Shown piece by piece: positions 29,363-38,717 of a stretch of 64,000 nucleotides of DNA. The notes beneath the pieces were generated by a model, which saw only the letters and a list, made by a program, of their open reading frames with translations, did not search any database and had not been told where the DNA came from. Within the stretch, counting starts at the first letter, position 1. Each line of letters opens with the position of its first letter. Location of the stretch: assembly GCA_044225365.1 (NCBI GenBank), contig JBGAIQ010000006.1, positions 113,236 through 177,235 on the forward strand, read 5' to 3'. Both the position numbers and the translations under genes were made by a program. This DNA comes from Planctomycetota bacterium (GTDB lineage: Bacteria > Planctomycetota > B15-G4 > JADJEK01).

Positions 29363-32266
29363 TCATGGGACCTTGCACCGTTCCAAGCCGGCCTTCGCCG
29401 CATCGAGCAGCCCGCCACGCGCTCCGAGATCGATCACGCGCGAGTAGCACGCCTTTGCGAGCGGCTTCGCATCGTCGCCCTCCGAGCACTCGTAGACGCG
29501 CCCGAGTTGGAAGAACGGCTCTGCGGTGTACGGAAAGGCCTCCGCGAGACCCCGAGCGTCCGCGGCGAGCTTCGTATCGGCGTGATCGCCGCGAGCGAAT
29601 CGCTCCGTGCGCGCGGTGATCGCTGCGAGACGATCGATGTACGCAGGGGACGCCCCCTTCAGGAATTCGTCGCTGATGCGCGTCATCGCATCGATGTCGC
29701 CATCGTTCGCGAGTCGGTCGTAGACGCGGGATCGCAACGCGAGGTTGCCGGACACCGCGAGAAGTCTCTGAGTGATCGCCGTGACATCGCGATCGACCCG
29801 GGATACGGCGTCGATCAGCGCCCGATCCACTGCGCCGGTGCAGGCCGTCTCGATCGCCTCCGGGCGCGTACCGACGAAGAGTCGGCGTCCGAGGCGTTGA
29901 TCGAGGGTGTCCGCGATTCGAGCAGCGTCGTTGCGATCGTGATCGAGGCCGGAGACGACGAAGTCGCACGCCGAGACTCCGACCGCGAACTCGGCATCCG
30001 CATAGACAGCGAAGGCCGGTCGCGAGAACGGGAGTTGAGTGGGACCCGAATCGACCCACTCACCGCCCGCCGCGATCACCGTCCTCGCGACGAGCGCCGC
30101 GAGCAACGCAGCCCCTTCCGACCCGCAGAGGTAGGCCCCCCTGGTCACGCGAAGCACATCGATCACGTCGTCGACTCCGCGCGCTTCGGTCGGCAGCGAC
30201 AATCCGAATCGCTCGCGTGCCCCGTGATCCGCGGCGCCGAGGAACGCCTCGATTGCGGCCGGCGATTCGATCGCAGCCCAAGGCGAGCTGAACTTGCATT
30301 GCGCGATCGCGTCGCGCGCGACCTCGCGCATCATCTGCGCGGACGGGAGCGCGCACGCTCCTCCGAGTCGCCGCGCGTCGTCGAGCGGGATCGAGTAGAA
30401 GTTCCACCGCGATCCCTTGTCGTCGAGCGCCGAGGTCGCTGCGAAGAGGAGCTTCCCTCCGGCGACACTCATCCCGACGCCGTCCGTGCCGCCGAGGAGG
30501 CGTTCGCGCGAGCCGTCCGCATGAATCCACCAGATCCCGTAGGTTTCGTTCTCCGGGGCGCCCGTGAAGAGGACACCGTCGTCGGCTCGCGCCAGTTCGC
30601 GCAGGTACGAGTATCGCAGCAGGTCGGTACGCACGCCGCTACGGAGGTCCAGGCTCGAGAGGGAGCCGGGACGATCCCCCGAAACGTCGACCTCGGTGAC
30701 GCCGACGTACAGGAGCTTCGCCGACGCATCGAGTTGACTATCTCCGACCCAGCCGGGTCTCCACGTCGCGATCGGTCGCTCGGCGCCATCCACTCCACGC
30801 AAGACGAAGTCGATCGGAACCGCGGTCTCTTGGACCACGAACCCGAGCGGGACGGGACCCTTCGTCGCATTCGAGTAGCGGACGAGCGCGATCCCAGAGT
30901 CGGTCTCGCCGCAGAGTCGCGTCGCGGAGAACGACACCGGGGCCTCCTGGCCTTCCGGGCCGATTCGAACGAGTCCGTCACGGCCCTGCGTGATCAACGA
31001 GTTGCCGAGCGTCGAGACTCCCCGACCCTGTACCTCACTCCCTTCGTAGAGAGGTTTTGCAGCGACGAAGTCGCGCTCGATTCGCAGGATGGACCGGCGA
31101 GTCGTGACGAGGATCCCACCGTCGAGGGCGGCATCGGCATCGACGACATCGAAGTCGAGGCTCGTAACGAATCGGCTCGCCGAGAGGAAGGCGGCGAACT
31201 CCGCTCCAGGTGTCCTGTGCGCCTTGGAAGCGGGCGGCAGCGTGAAGGGATCGAGGGGTCGAGGAGGATCGATCGTGATCGAATCGATCAAGGCCCGACG
31301 GATGCGGGAGACGGATTCGACCGGCGCTGGGTAGATCAGTCGGATGTCGATCGTTCTCTCGGCGGAGATCTCCGCGACGATCATCTCGATCATTTGCCCC
31401 TTGTTCCCAGGCATCTGGCGGACTTCGCGCAGGGCCGGCTTTCCGGCGAGTTGGAAGCGAGTGCGCGGCATCTCGGCGGGGATCGACTCGTCGCACCCGA
31501 CCTTGGCGACGATGTCGTCGAGTACTCCCTCGAGTCCCGCGGGATCGGGCTTCGAACCTCGTAGGAAGTGGACCGCCACGTCCCCGTTGGGGCTGACGAG
31601 CGAGAGCAGAGGATCGTTCGCGACCTTCTTCGCGTCGATCTCCGCAGGCACGTGCGAGACACGCACGGCCGAATCGTCGACTCGCACGATGCGGGTGCGC
31701 GGGCGCGTCGACCGTCCCCACGGGCTCTTCGCGCTCGGGAATTCGAGAGCGGTCCGAAGCTTCGTCCCATCGGCCTCGCCGTCCTTCGCGCGATCGGCAT
31801 CGATCTGGGACAGGATTAGGAAACCTAGTCCATTGCGCGATACGACCTGGACCACTGCGTGGCGTCGAACCTTGAGCTCGGTGATCTCGCACGAGAGTCG
31901 GCTCCAGTCGGTCTCCGTCGTCGAGGACTCCGAGGAGTGGAACTCGAACTCCGACGTGATCTTCGCGTCGAGATTGCGGTCGAGCGCACCGAACCAGTTC
32001 TCGATCACTCGTCGATGATCGGCCTCGACATCGACGGTTTGGCCGCACTCGACGACGAACAAGTACGTGTACGCCTTCTTCTCGGAGTCCACCTCGCGAA
32101 CGAACTGGTCGTCGCCGGCGCTCGCCACGATCCGCTGCCGCCTCCATCCCTCGTCGCAGTGCATCTTCGCGCCATGGGTCCCGATGTCGAAGTCTTCGCG
32201 CGCGATCGAGACTCGAGCCCCGGCGAGACATGCGAGCGCGACGATTCCATCGGCGATTCGGCGCAC
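29363..32266 (-). CDS. large (967 aa) secreted hypothetical protein
   Basis: GTG at 32266 after AAGGAGG; signal-like N-terminus; beta-rich middle; TPR-like C-terminus (FFQLGRVYE...AKACYSRVIDL). Confidence 0.7.
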   Translation of the reverse strand: MRRIADGIVALACLAGARVSIAREDFDIGTHGAKMHCDEGWRRQRIVASAGDDQFVREVDSEKKAYTYLFVVECGQTVDVEADHRRVIENWFGALDRNLDAKITSEFEFHSSESSTTETDWSRLSCEITELKVRRHAVVQVVSRNGLGFLILSQIDADRAKDGEADGTKLRTALEFPSAKSPWGRSTRPRTRIVRVDDSAVRVSHVPAEIDAKKVANDPLLSLVSPNGDVAVHFLRGSKPDPAGLEGVLDDIVAKVGCDESIPAEMPRTRFQLAGKPALREVRQMPGNKGQMIEMIVAEISAERTIDIRLIYPAPVESVSRIRRALIDSITIDPPRPLDPFTLPPASKAHRTPGAEFAAFLSASRFVTSLDFDVVDADAALDGGILVTTRRSILRIERDFVAAKPLYEGSEVQGRGVSTLGNSLITQGRDGLVRIGPEGQEAPVSFSATRLCGETDSGIALVRYSNATKGPVPLGFVVQETAVPIDFVLRGVDGAERPIATWRPGWVGDSQLDASAKLLYVGVTEVDVSGDRPGSLSSLDLRSGVRTDLLRYSYLRELARADDGVLFTGAPENETYGIWWIHADGSRERLLGGTDGVGMSVAGGKLLFAATSALDDKGSRWNFYSIPLDDARRLGGACALPSAQMMREVARDAIAQCKFSSPWAAIESPAAIEAFLGAADHGARERFGLSLPTEARGVDDVIDVLRVTRGAYLCGSEGAALLAALVARTVIAAGGEWVDSGPTQLPFSRPAFAVYADAEFAVGVSACDFVVSGLDHDRNDAARIADTLDQRLGRRLFVGTRPEAIETACTGAVDRALIDAVSRVDRDVTAITQRLLAVSGNLALRSRVYDRLANDGDIDAMTRISDEFLKGASPAYIDRLAAITARTERFARGDHADTKLAADARGLAEAFPYTAEPFFQLGRVYECSEGDDAKPLAKACYSRVIDLGARGGLLDAAKAGLERCKVP

Positions 32267-32304
32267 GGAACTTCCTCCTTCGGACGCCCGCGCGCGGGCC
32301 CGAG

Positions 32305-33081
32305 TCACGGCTGAGCGAGTGCAGCGATGCGGGATCGGTCCGAAACCACCACCCCGCCCGGTTTCTCCACGGTCACGGCGAACAACGCGGGCTCGGTCAC
32401 GCGAATCTTCGCTTCGATCGGCACGATCGCGTCCGGGCCCTCGCAGTCGAACACGCCGCCATCGACCGGGTAGCGATCGTCGCGCGTCTTGTCGAAGATC
32501 CACAGTTGGTATTGCTCGGCCTTGGCCTCGTTCGCTTTGAGGCCATGGAAGACCATGAAGCCCCGCTGCTCCTCAGAGGACCACACCACCTCGCCGTTCA
32601 TACCGGACCCGGTTCCAAGCGGATCCGGCCCGGCCTTCCAGTTCCAACGCTTCACATCGTGCGCGCGCGCGACGAGGCGATCCACCTCGAGTTGCGCCGC
32701 GGCGAGCGAGCGGTCGCCGAAAGTCTCGCGGGGAGTCTTCAGCAGGAAGAGGAATCCCGTGAGGACGACTGCGGCTGCGGCGAGATAGACGAGCGTATGC
32801 AAGCGGCGGAGTCCCTTGGGCGCCGATCGGGACTCGCCGGCCTGGGCCGTCGCCCGCAGGATCCGATCCCGCAGTGATGGCGGTAGCGGCTCCCGATCGC
32901 GCGCAGCGATCGCAAGGTCGGCCTCGGCGACGGTCTCCATCAGCACTCGACGGGGCACGTCGCGATGTCGCGCGAGCAGATGATCGAGTTCGCTGCGTTC
33001 CGACGCCGCGAGGCAGCCGAGGGCCTCGTCGGCGAGCAGTTCGAGCAAGCGCTCGCGCTCGGTTCGAAGAGTGCCGCTCAT
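32305..33081 (-). CDS. RskA-type anti-sigma factor
   Basis: ELLADEALGCL..SE, PPSLRDRIL, single TM, C-terminal QYQLWI...VDGGVF...FAVTVEKPGGV; ATGA overlap with the sigma gene. Confidence 0.88.
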   Translation of the reverse strand: MSGTLRTERERLLELLADEALGCLAASERSELDHLLARHRDVPRRVLMETVAEADLAIAARDREPLPPSLRDRILRATAQAGESRSAPKGLRRLHTLVYLAAAAVVLTGFLFLLKTPRETFGDRSLAAAQLEVDRLVARAHDVKRWNWKAGPDPLGTGSGMNGEVVWSSEEQRGFMVFHGLKANEAKAEQYQLWIFDKTRDDRYPVDGGVFDCEGPDAIVPIEAKIRVTEPALFAVTVEKPGGVVVSDRSRIAALAQP

Positions 33082-33662
33082 GATGGGACCTCCGCCGAAC
33101 CCGAAGCTCGGGGGTCGCCGGGTCGATCGTCCACTTCACCAAGGAGTCGCTTCACGGCGAGCAGTCCGCGGCGAGCGTGGGACTTCACCGTCCCGAGCGG
33201 CAGCTTCAGCAGACGGGAGATTCCGTCGTGTGAGATCCCCTTCATGATCGAGAGTTCGAGGATCCTGCGGCGTTCGGGATCGAGTGTGTCGAGAGCTTTC
33301 CGCACTCGCGAGGTCTCGTCCCCGATCTCCGCGACCGACTCCTCGGGAATGGGCGCGGATGGTTCGGCGACATTGTCGAGCGATGCGGTCCCTGCCTGAC
33401 GCTCGGCCTGACGACGACGATCGACGATTCGCCGCCGCGCGATCATCGCGACGAACGCGGCCTCGGGCGCGATCGTCGCATCGAAGCGCGCGGCCGCCTT
33501 CCAGATCGCGACGAAGGCGTCCTGCGCGGCGTCCTCCGCGTCGGCGGCGCTGTACGACAATCGGCGAGCGAGCGACCAGACGAGACCACCGTAGCGATCG
33601 AGACACTCCTCGACCGCCTTGGGATCACCTCGCCCGATACGTTCCAGGATCGATTCGCTCAC
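33078..33662 (-). CDS. ECF sigma factor (SigK-like)
   Basis: DAEDAAQDAFVAIWKAAARFD, IARRRIVD, GISH..IS..LKLPLGTVKSHARRGL; GTG start at 33662. Confidence 0.92.
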   Translation of the reverse strand: MSESILERIGRGDPKAVEECLDRYGGLVWSLARRLSYSAADAEDAAQDAFVAIWKAAARFDATIAPEAAFVAMIARRRIVDRRRQAERQAGTASLDNVAEPSAPIPEESVAEIGDETSRVRKALDTLDPERRRILELSIMKGISHDGISRLLKLPLGTVKSHARRGLLAVKRLLGEVDDRPGDPRASGSAEVPS

Positions 33663-34069
33663 GCGCTCGCAACTGCCTCCAACGTCGCCCTGCGCACGGA
33701 CTGCGCGGGACGAGGAGGATGGAACCGAATTCTGCGCGGCATCGCAACCGGGAATCAGGGCGATCTCGTCGATCTCGCATTCGCGACCGTGCGGGTGCGC
33801 TCGCGCATCTCTTGCCCAGGCAGCGTGAATCACCGCGAACGGCGAAGAAGCCGCCTCGAATCCGGTGCAGGTGGAGACCAAGGTTCTCGGGCTCTCGTTT
33901 CGAGGTTCGGTCGCGCGCCGAGACGGAGTGCCTCTACGATCCCGCGCAACGGCTGTTATCCTGTGGCGAGCCCGCGACGGATGCAGCGAAGCCGGAAAGA
34001 CTCGTTGCGAACGGCGATCAGGTCGCAGTACACCAAGGCGTTCATCGAGAGACGAAGAGACCGGGCAGC

Positions 34070-35482
34070 ATGTTCGAGCGATTCACCGACACGGCGGCGG
34101 AGGCGCTGCGCATAGCGGAGCGCGAGGCGGATGCCGCGTGCCGTAGTGCGGTTGGGAGCGAGCACCTGCTCCTCGGGCTCTTCCAGGTGCGAGCCGTCGC
34201 CTCGATCGTGTTGAGACAGTCGGGGGGAGATCTCGACCGCTGCCGCGCCCATCTCGCGAAATCGATGGGTGGCGCTCACGTCGCGATCGCACGTCACCTC
34301 CGCCGCGCGCTGCGCAAGAGCCTTGGCGACGTATCCCAGCGCTACAGCACGAACCTCGCCCGAGTGCTCGCCCTCGCGGAGGAGGCCGCTCGCGAACTCG
34401 CACACCCCAAGGTGGGGACCGAGCACCTGCTCTGGGCGCTCGTCGAACACGCGGATGGAATCACTCGATCTTACTTCGAGTCGATCGAACTCTCACCGGA
34501 GCAAGCTCGGCGACAGATCCTCGAGATGCTGCGCGTCGCGCAGACGGCGTTGAAGGATCAGGGAGCGGACGATCGTCGCGGAAGGAAGCGTCGGTCACCT
34601 CTGCTCGACATGTTCACGACGGATCTCGTGCGTCGCGCGCGAAAGAACAAGCTGCCGCGATTGATCCGCCGCACTGCCGAGGCGCAACGCATCCACGAGG
34701 CGATGCTCCGCATGATCGCGCGCAATGCGCTCGTCGTCGGCGAGAACGGGTGCGGGAAGACCGCTCTCGTTCAGACCTTTGCCAAGGAGATTGCGCTCGG
34801 CGGAGCCCCGGAACCGCTCCTGCGCAAACGCATCCTCGAACTCGATCCCATCCTCCTCGTCGCCGGCACGAAGTACCGCGGGGAGTTCGAAGAACGGATC
34901 ACGAACCTCCTGCTCGAGATCCAGAAGGCGGGCGACGTCATCCTCTTCATCGACGACGTCCATCTCCTCGCACTGCCGTCCACCCAGGGCAGGAATGACG
35001 GCGCGGCCGGTGTGTCGAATCTGATGCACTTGCTCTCGCCCGCGATCGATCGATTCGAGGTGCAGATGATCGCGACCTGCGCCAAGAGCGCCGAGTCGCG
35101 GGTCATCGAGCAGTTCCCGACGCTCGGCACCGCGTTCCACCGTATCGTGCTCTCCCCTCCCAGCCGCGACGTGGTGCTCGCGATCCTGAACAAGAAGCGA
35201 CCCGAATACGAGGCTCATCATCGCCTGCGGATCGAGCCCGCGGCGCTCGCGACCGTTCTCGCCGCGGCCGAAGCGTCGCTCGGCGTGGATCCATCGGAAT
35301 CGCTCGTCGTCTCCGCACTCAAGATGCTCGATCGTGCCGCGTCGGAGGCCGTGCTCGATCGCGAACTGCGCAACCGCGAACGCACCGCCCTCGATGCCGC
35401 AGCCGTACGCGAACTCCTCGTCCTCGCGCAGGCGAACCCGCGCCATCCAACGCCAACGGCGAAGGCGGATTCGAATGCTTGA
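34070..35482 (+). CDS. ClpC-like protein 1: Clp N-domain + single AAA+ (D1) module
   Basis: MFERFTD, GSEHLLLGL and GTEHLLWAL repeats, Walker A GENGCGKT, pore loop AGTKYRGEFEER, Walker B ILFIDD; 470 aa, no D2. Confidence 0.88.
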   Translation: MFERFTDTAAEALRIAEREADAACRSAVGSEHLLLGLFQVRAVASIVLRQSGGDLDRCRAHLAKSMGGAHVAIARHLRRALRKSLGDVSQRYSTNLARVLALAEEAARELAHPKVGTEHLLWALVEHADGITRSYFESIELSPEQARRQILEMLRVAQTALKDQGADDRRGRKRRSPLLDMFTTDLVRRARKNKLPRLIRRTAEAQRIHEAMLRMIARNALVVGENGCGKTALVQTFAKEIALGGAPEPLLRKRILELDPILLVAGTKYRGEFEERITNLLLEIQKAGDVILFIDDVHLLALPSTQGRNDGAAGVSNLMHLLSPAIDRFEVQMIATCAKSAESRVIEQFPTLGTAFHRIVLSPPSRDVVLAILNKKRPEYEAHHRLRIEPAALATVLAAAEASLGVDPSESLVVSALKMLDRAASEAVLDRELRNRERTALDAAAVRELLVLAQANPRHPTPTAKADSNA

Positions 35483-37193
35483 ACGAGCTTCCGAACGCTG
35501 CCGCGACGCGCTCGAACGGGCGCGGCAACACGCCCTGCGGTTCCGCCACACACGGATCGGCACTTCGCATCTCCTGCTCGGCCTGCTCGACGAGGGCGCC
35601 GGCGTCGGGACATCGACGCTCCGTCACCTCGGTGTGGAGGTCAAGGTCGTCCGCGCCGAGATCGAGAGTCGCCTGCAGCCGGGAGCCGGAGTGATCGGGC
35701 GCAAGGCGATGCCCTTCGACGAGGAGTGTCGTGCGGCGCTCGCCGCGGCCGTGGGAGCGGCGAAGGAGCGCAACAGCCCCTACGTCGGCACCGAACACCT
35801 GCTCCTCGGTCTGCTCGCCGACGCTCACAGCTTCTCCGCTCGCGTACTCGACAAGTTCGGGATCACGCACAACGACGCCGCCGCGGCAGCCGCCGAGTTG
35901 AAGGCGGATCCGCAGCGCCCCGCGTCCGCCCGGGCGCAGGATTCCCGGGATCGCAAGCCGCGTTCGCCTCGCCTCGGACCCACGAGCCAGCTCGACACCA
36001 TCGCCGTCGACCTCGCGAATCGCACGCAGCGCCGTCAACTCCGTCCCGTATGTGGTCGCTTCGCCGAACTCGAACGCATCAAGCACCTCCTCTCCCAAGA
36101 GCCACGCACTTCGGTATTCGTGCTCGGCAAGAGCGGAGTGGGCAAGACGTCGGCAGTGTTCGCGCTCGCGCGCGACATCCTCATCGGCAGCGTCCCGTCC
36201 GCACTCCTCGGCAAGCGCATGCTCGCGATCGATCCCGTACGACTTGCCGCGGGATGCCGGCACAAGGACCAGCTCGAACAACGCGTCGACGAGATCGTCG
36301 CGCAAGCCGAACGCGCACGCGACGTGATCCTCGTGTTCGACGATGCCGGCTGGCTCTTGAACGGGGTGCATGACATTCATGATCACCACGACGGCCACAT
36401 CGGCCACTTCGAGGGAACGACGCACTCGCTCCAGCGCGGTCGCGAAGCGCGCGACGACGCGCCAGCCGGACTCGAGAGCGAACGACCGTCCAACCCGGAC
36501 GTCACCGACATGTTCGCGCGCTTCCGACCGGCGCTCGAAGCGCGCCGACTCCAGGCGATCCTCACCCTCGCGCCGAACGGCGAACCGGACGCGGAGAGCA
36601 AGCTCCTGCGGGCGAACTTCGGTGATTGGTTCGAATGCGTCTCGCTCTTCCCGGCCGACATCGATCGGACTCTGATGACGGTCTACGAACTGCGGGAGCA
36701 ACTCGAGAACCATCATCGGGTGACCATCACCGAAGATGCTCTGAAGACCGCCGTCCAACTCGCCGTTTCGGCGGGCGACAAGAACGATCTGCTCACCACC
36801 GCGCTCCGCCTCGTCGACGAAACCGGAGCACGCCTCACCGCACGCGCTTTCACCCCACCCGTTCGCGCCACCAAGCTGGTTCGCGAGATCGAGAAGCTCG
36901 AGGCCGCGCGCTCCGAGGCGTTCGAGCGCAAGGATCATTCCGACGCCGCACGACGCTTCGACGAAGCTCGCGCGAATCGTGAGCTGCTCGAACAGATCGA
37001 GCGACGCTGGCGCACGGAGCTTCGCGAGAAGCTGCGGGTCGTCGACGAGACCGCGATCGCGGAGACCTGGTCGATCCACGGCGGTTATCGTACGGCTGAG
37101 CCGAATCGAGCGACGCCGCGGGCCGACGCTCCATCGTTCGAACCGCCCACCGAACCCACCGAGTCCAGCAAGCCATCGGACGGCGGCGCATGA
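35475..37193 (+). CDS. ClpC-like protein 2: Clp N-domain + D1 + UVR-like M-domain, with His-rich insert
   Basis: GTSHLLLGL and GTEHLLLGL, GKSGVGKT, AGCRHKDQLEQR, ILVFDD, coiled coil EIEKLEAARSEAFERKDHSDAARRFD; 572 aa; 8-bp overlap with paralog 1. Confidence 0.85.
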   Translation: MLERASERCRDALERARQHALRFRHTRIGTSHLLLGLLDEGAGVGTSTLRHLGVEVKVVRAEIESRLQPGAGVIGRKAMPFDEECRAALAAAVGAAKERNSPYVGTEHLLLGLLADAHSFSARVLDKFGITHNDAAAAAAELKADPQRPASARAQDSRDRKPRSPRLGPTSQLDTIAVDLANRTQRRQLRPVCGRFAELERIKHLLSQEPRTSVFVLGKSGVGKTSAVFALARDILIGSVPSALLGKRMLAIDPVRLAAGCRHKDQLEQRVDEIVAQAERARDVILVFDDAGWLLNGVHDIHDHHDGHIGHFEGTTHSLQRGREARDDAPAGLESERPSNPDVTDMFARFRPALEARRLQAILTLAPNGEPDAESKLLRANFGDWFECVSLFPADIDRTLMTVYELREQLENHHRVTITEDALKTAVQLAVSAGDKNDLLTTALRLVDETGARLTARAFTPPVRATKLVREIEKLEAARSEAFERKDHSDAARRFDEARANRELLEQIERRWRTELREKLRVVDETAIAETWSIHGGYRTAEPNRATPRADAPSFEPPTEPTESSKPSDGGA

Positions 37194-38707
37194 TCGATGC
37201 AAATGCCGCAGGAGCGGAGGTCCAGGCATCCGCCCTCGAAGAAGCCATGACCGACACGACCGCGCCAGCTCCCACCGGATTGCTCAGCATCGCGATGCAC
37301 GAAGCTCGCGAACTGTCGCACGATCACGTGGGAACCGAACATCTCCTGCTCGGACTCCTGCTCGAAGAAGGCGGAGCCGCACGGGCGATCCTGAACGAGC
37401 AGGGCATCACGGCCGAGCAGCTCCGAGCCGAGTTGAAGCGGGCGATCGGCGCGTCGACCGAAAAGGCTTCGAACAGTCCGCTCCCCATCACTCCGCGAGT
37501 GAAGCAAGCCCTCGAGAGCGGCGCCGAGGCCGCGCGACGCACCCATCACGGCGACGTTCGGTCGGAGCACGTGCTGCTCGGACTGCTCGATCAGGCCGAT
37601 GGCCTCGCGCGGCGCGCGCTCGAGCGTTTCTCCGTCGACATCGATGAATGCCGCCGCCGCACGCAGGAGCGCCTGCGAAGCGACGCACAGAACGACGACA
37701 AGCCCGAGCCGCGCGAGGCCGAGATCCCGGCGCTCGAAGCGTTCGGCGAAGAAGTGGCGGTTCGCGAATCCGAGAGCCTCGGGCTCGCGCCCATTCCGCC
37801 ATTCGACCATGCAGTGCTCGTCGGACTCCTGCGGCGGGAGAATCGGGCGATCCTTCTGTGCGGAGCGAGCGGCTGCGGAAAGACGAGCGCCGCGAAACGG
37901 CTCGGCGCCGCATTGCGTTCACGACGCGGGGCGTTCGAACTGCCGCTGCGCCGTCTCGTCGCGATCCCGCTGCCCTGCATCGTCGCCGGCGCGCGACACC
38001 GCGGGCGAGTCGAGGAACGCCTGCGCATCGTGTTCAAGGAAGCGGCGGAGAGTGGCGACGTCGCGCTCTTCTTCGACGACTTCGAGTGCGTCCTCGGCTG
38101 CAACGAACTCGCGCTCGCGCTCGAACTCGCGATGGCGGCTTTCACGATCCCGATCGTCGCCGCCATCGATACGGTGGCTCTCGAGACGCTCGCTCGCAAT
38201 CACCCCTCGCTCTACTCGCGATTCGTGCGAATGGCCGTCCCACCGCTCCTCGAGACCGCGCTCGATGCCGCGCTTCGCGAGCAGGCGAGGCGACTCGAGC
38301 AATTCCATTCGATGCGGATCACGGATGCTGCGCTCGTCGCTGCCGCCGATGCCGGTTCGGCCGATTCCCGCGGCCACGGCGCGTCGCGCCTGTCGAACGC
38401 GATCACGTTGCTCGACCGCGCGGCCGCCGCGGTTCGCGCCGCGATGCTGCGGCCGTCGCCTGCGATCAAGACCGTGCTCGCGGATGCGATCCGCTTCGAG
38501 CGCGAGGCCGATCAGGCCGCCGCCGAGGGTGACGAGCGCCGATGCGCGAGTCTCGCCGCCAAAGCAGGCGCCTCGCGAGCGACCGCTCACGCGCTGATCC
38601 TCGCGTTGTCCTCCACGGCATCTTCGGTCGAACTCACGGCCGAACACGTCCAAGTTGCGCGTCGTCGCGCCACCGCACGTCCGCCTTCACCCAAGATGCA
38701 CACCTGA
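37190..38707 (+). CDS. ClpC-like protein 3: Clp N-domain + D1
   Basis: GTEHLLLGL and RSEHVLLGL, GASGCGKT, AGARHRGRVEER, LFFDD; 505 aa; ATGA overlap. Confidence 0.85.
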   Translation: MIDANAAGAEVQASALEEAMTDTTAPAPTGLLSIAMHEARELSHDHVGTEHLLLGLLLEEGGAARAILNEQGITAEQLRAELKRAIGASTEKASNSPLPITPRVKQALESGAEAARRTHHGDVRSEHVLLGLLDQADGLARRALERFSVDIDECRRRTQERLRSDAQNDDKPEPREAEIPALEAFGEEVAVRESESLGLAPIPPFDHAVLVGLLRRENRAILLCGASGCGKTSAAKRLGAALRSRRGAFELPLRRLVAIPLPCIVAGARHRGRVEERLRIVFKEAAESGDVALFFDDFECVLGCNELALALELAMAAFTIPIVAAIDTVALETLARNHPSLYSRFVRMAVPPLLETALDAALREQARRLEQFHSMRITDAALVAAADAGSADSRGHGASRLSNAITLLDRAAAAVRAAMLRPSPAIKTVLADAIRFEREADQAAAEGDERRCASLAAKAGASRATAHALILALSSTASSVELTAEHVQVARRRATARPPSPKMHT

Positions 38708-38717
38708 CAGGGCCAGA

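Noticed and set aside
28685-31564. 959-aa plus-strand ORF
   Set aside because: Antisense to DUF1295 and the 967-aa gene; Arg-rich shadow composition.
33284-34069. 262-aa N-terminal extension of Clp paralog 1 in the ORF track
   Set aside because: It overlaps the opposite-strand sigma gene; the canonical MFERFT start is at 34070.
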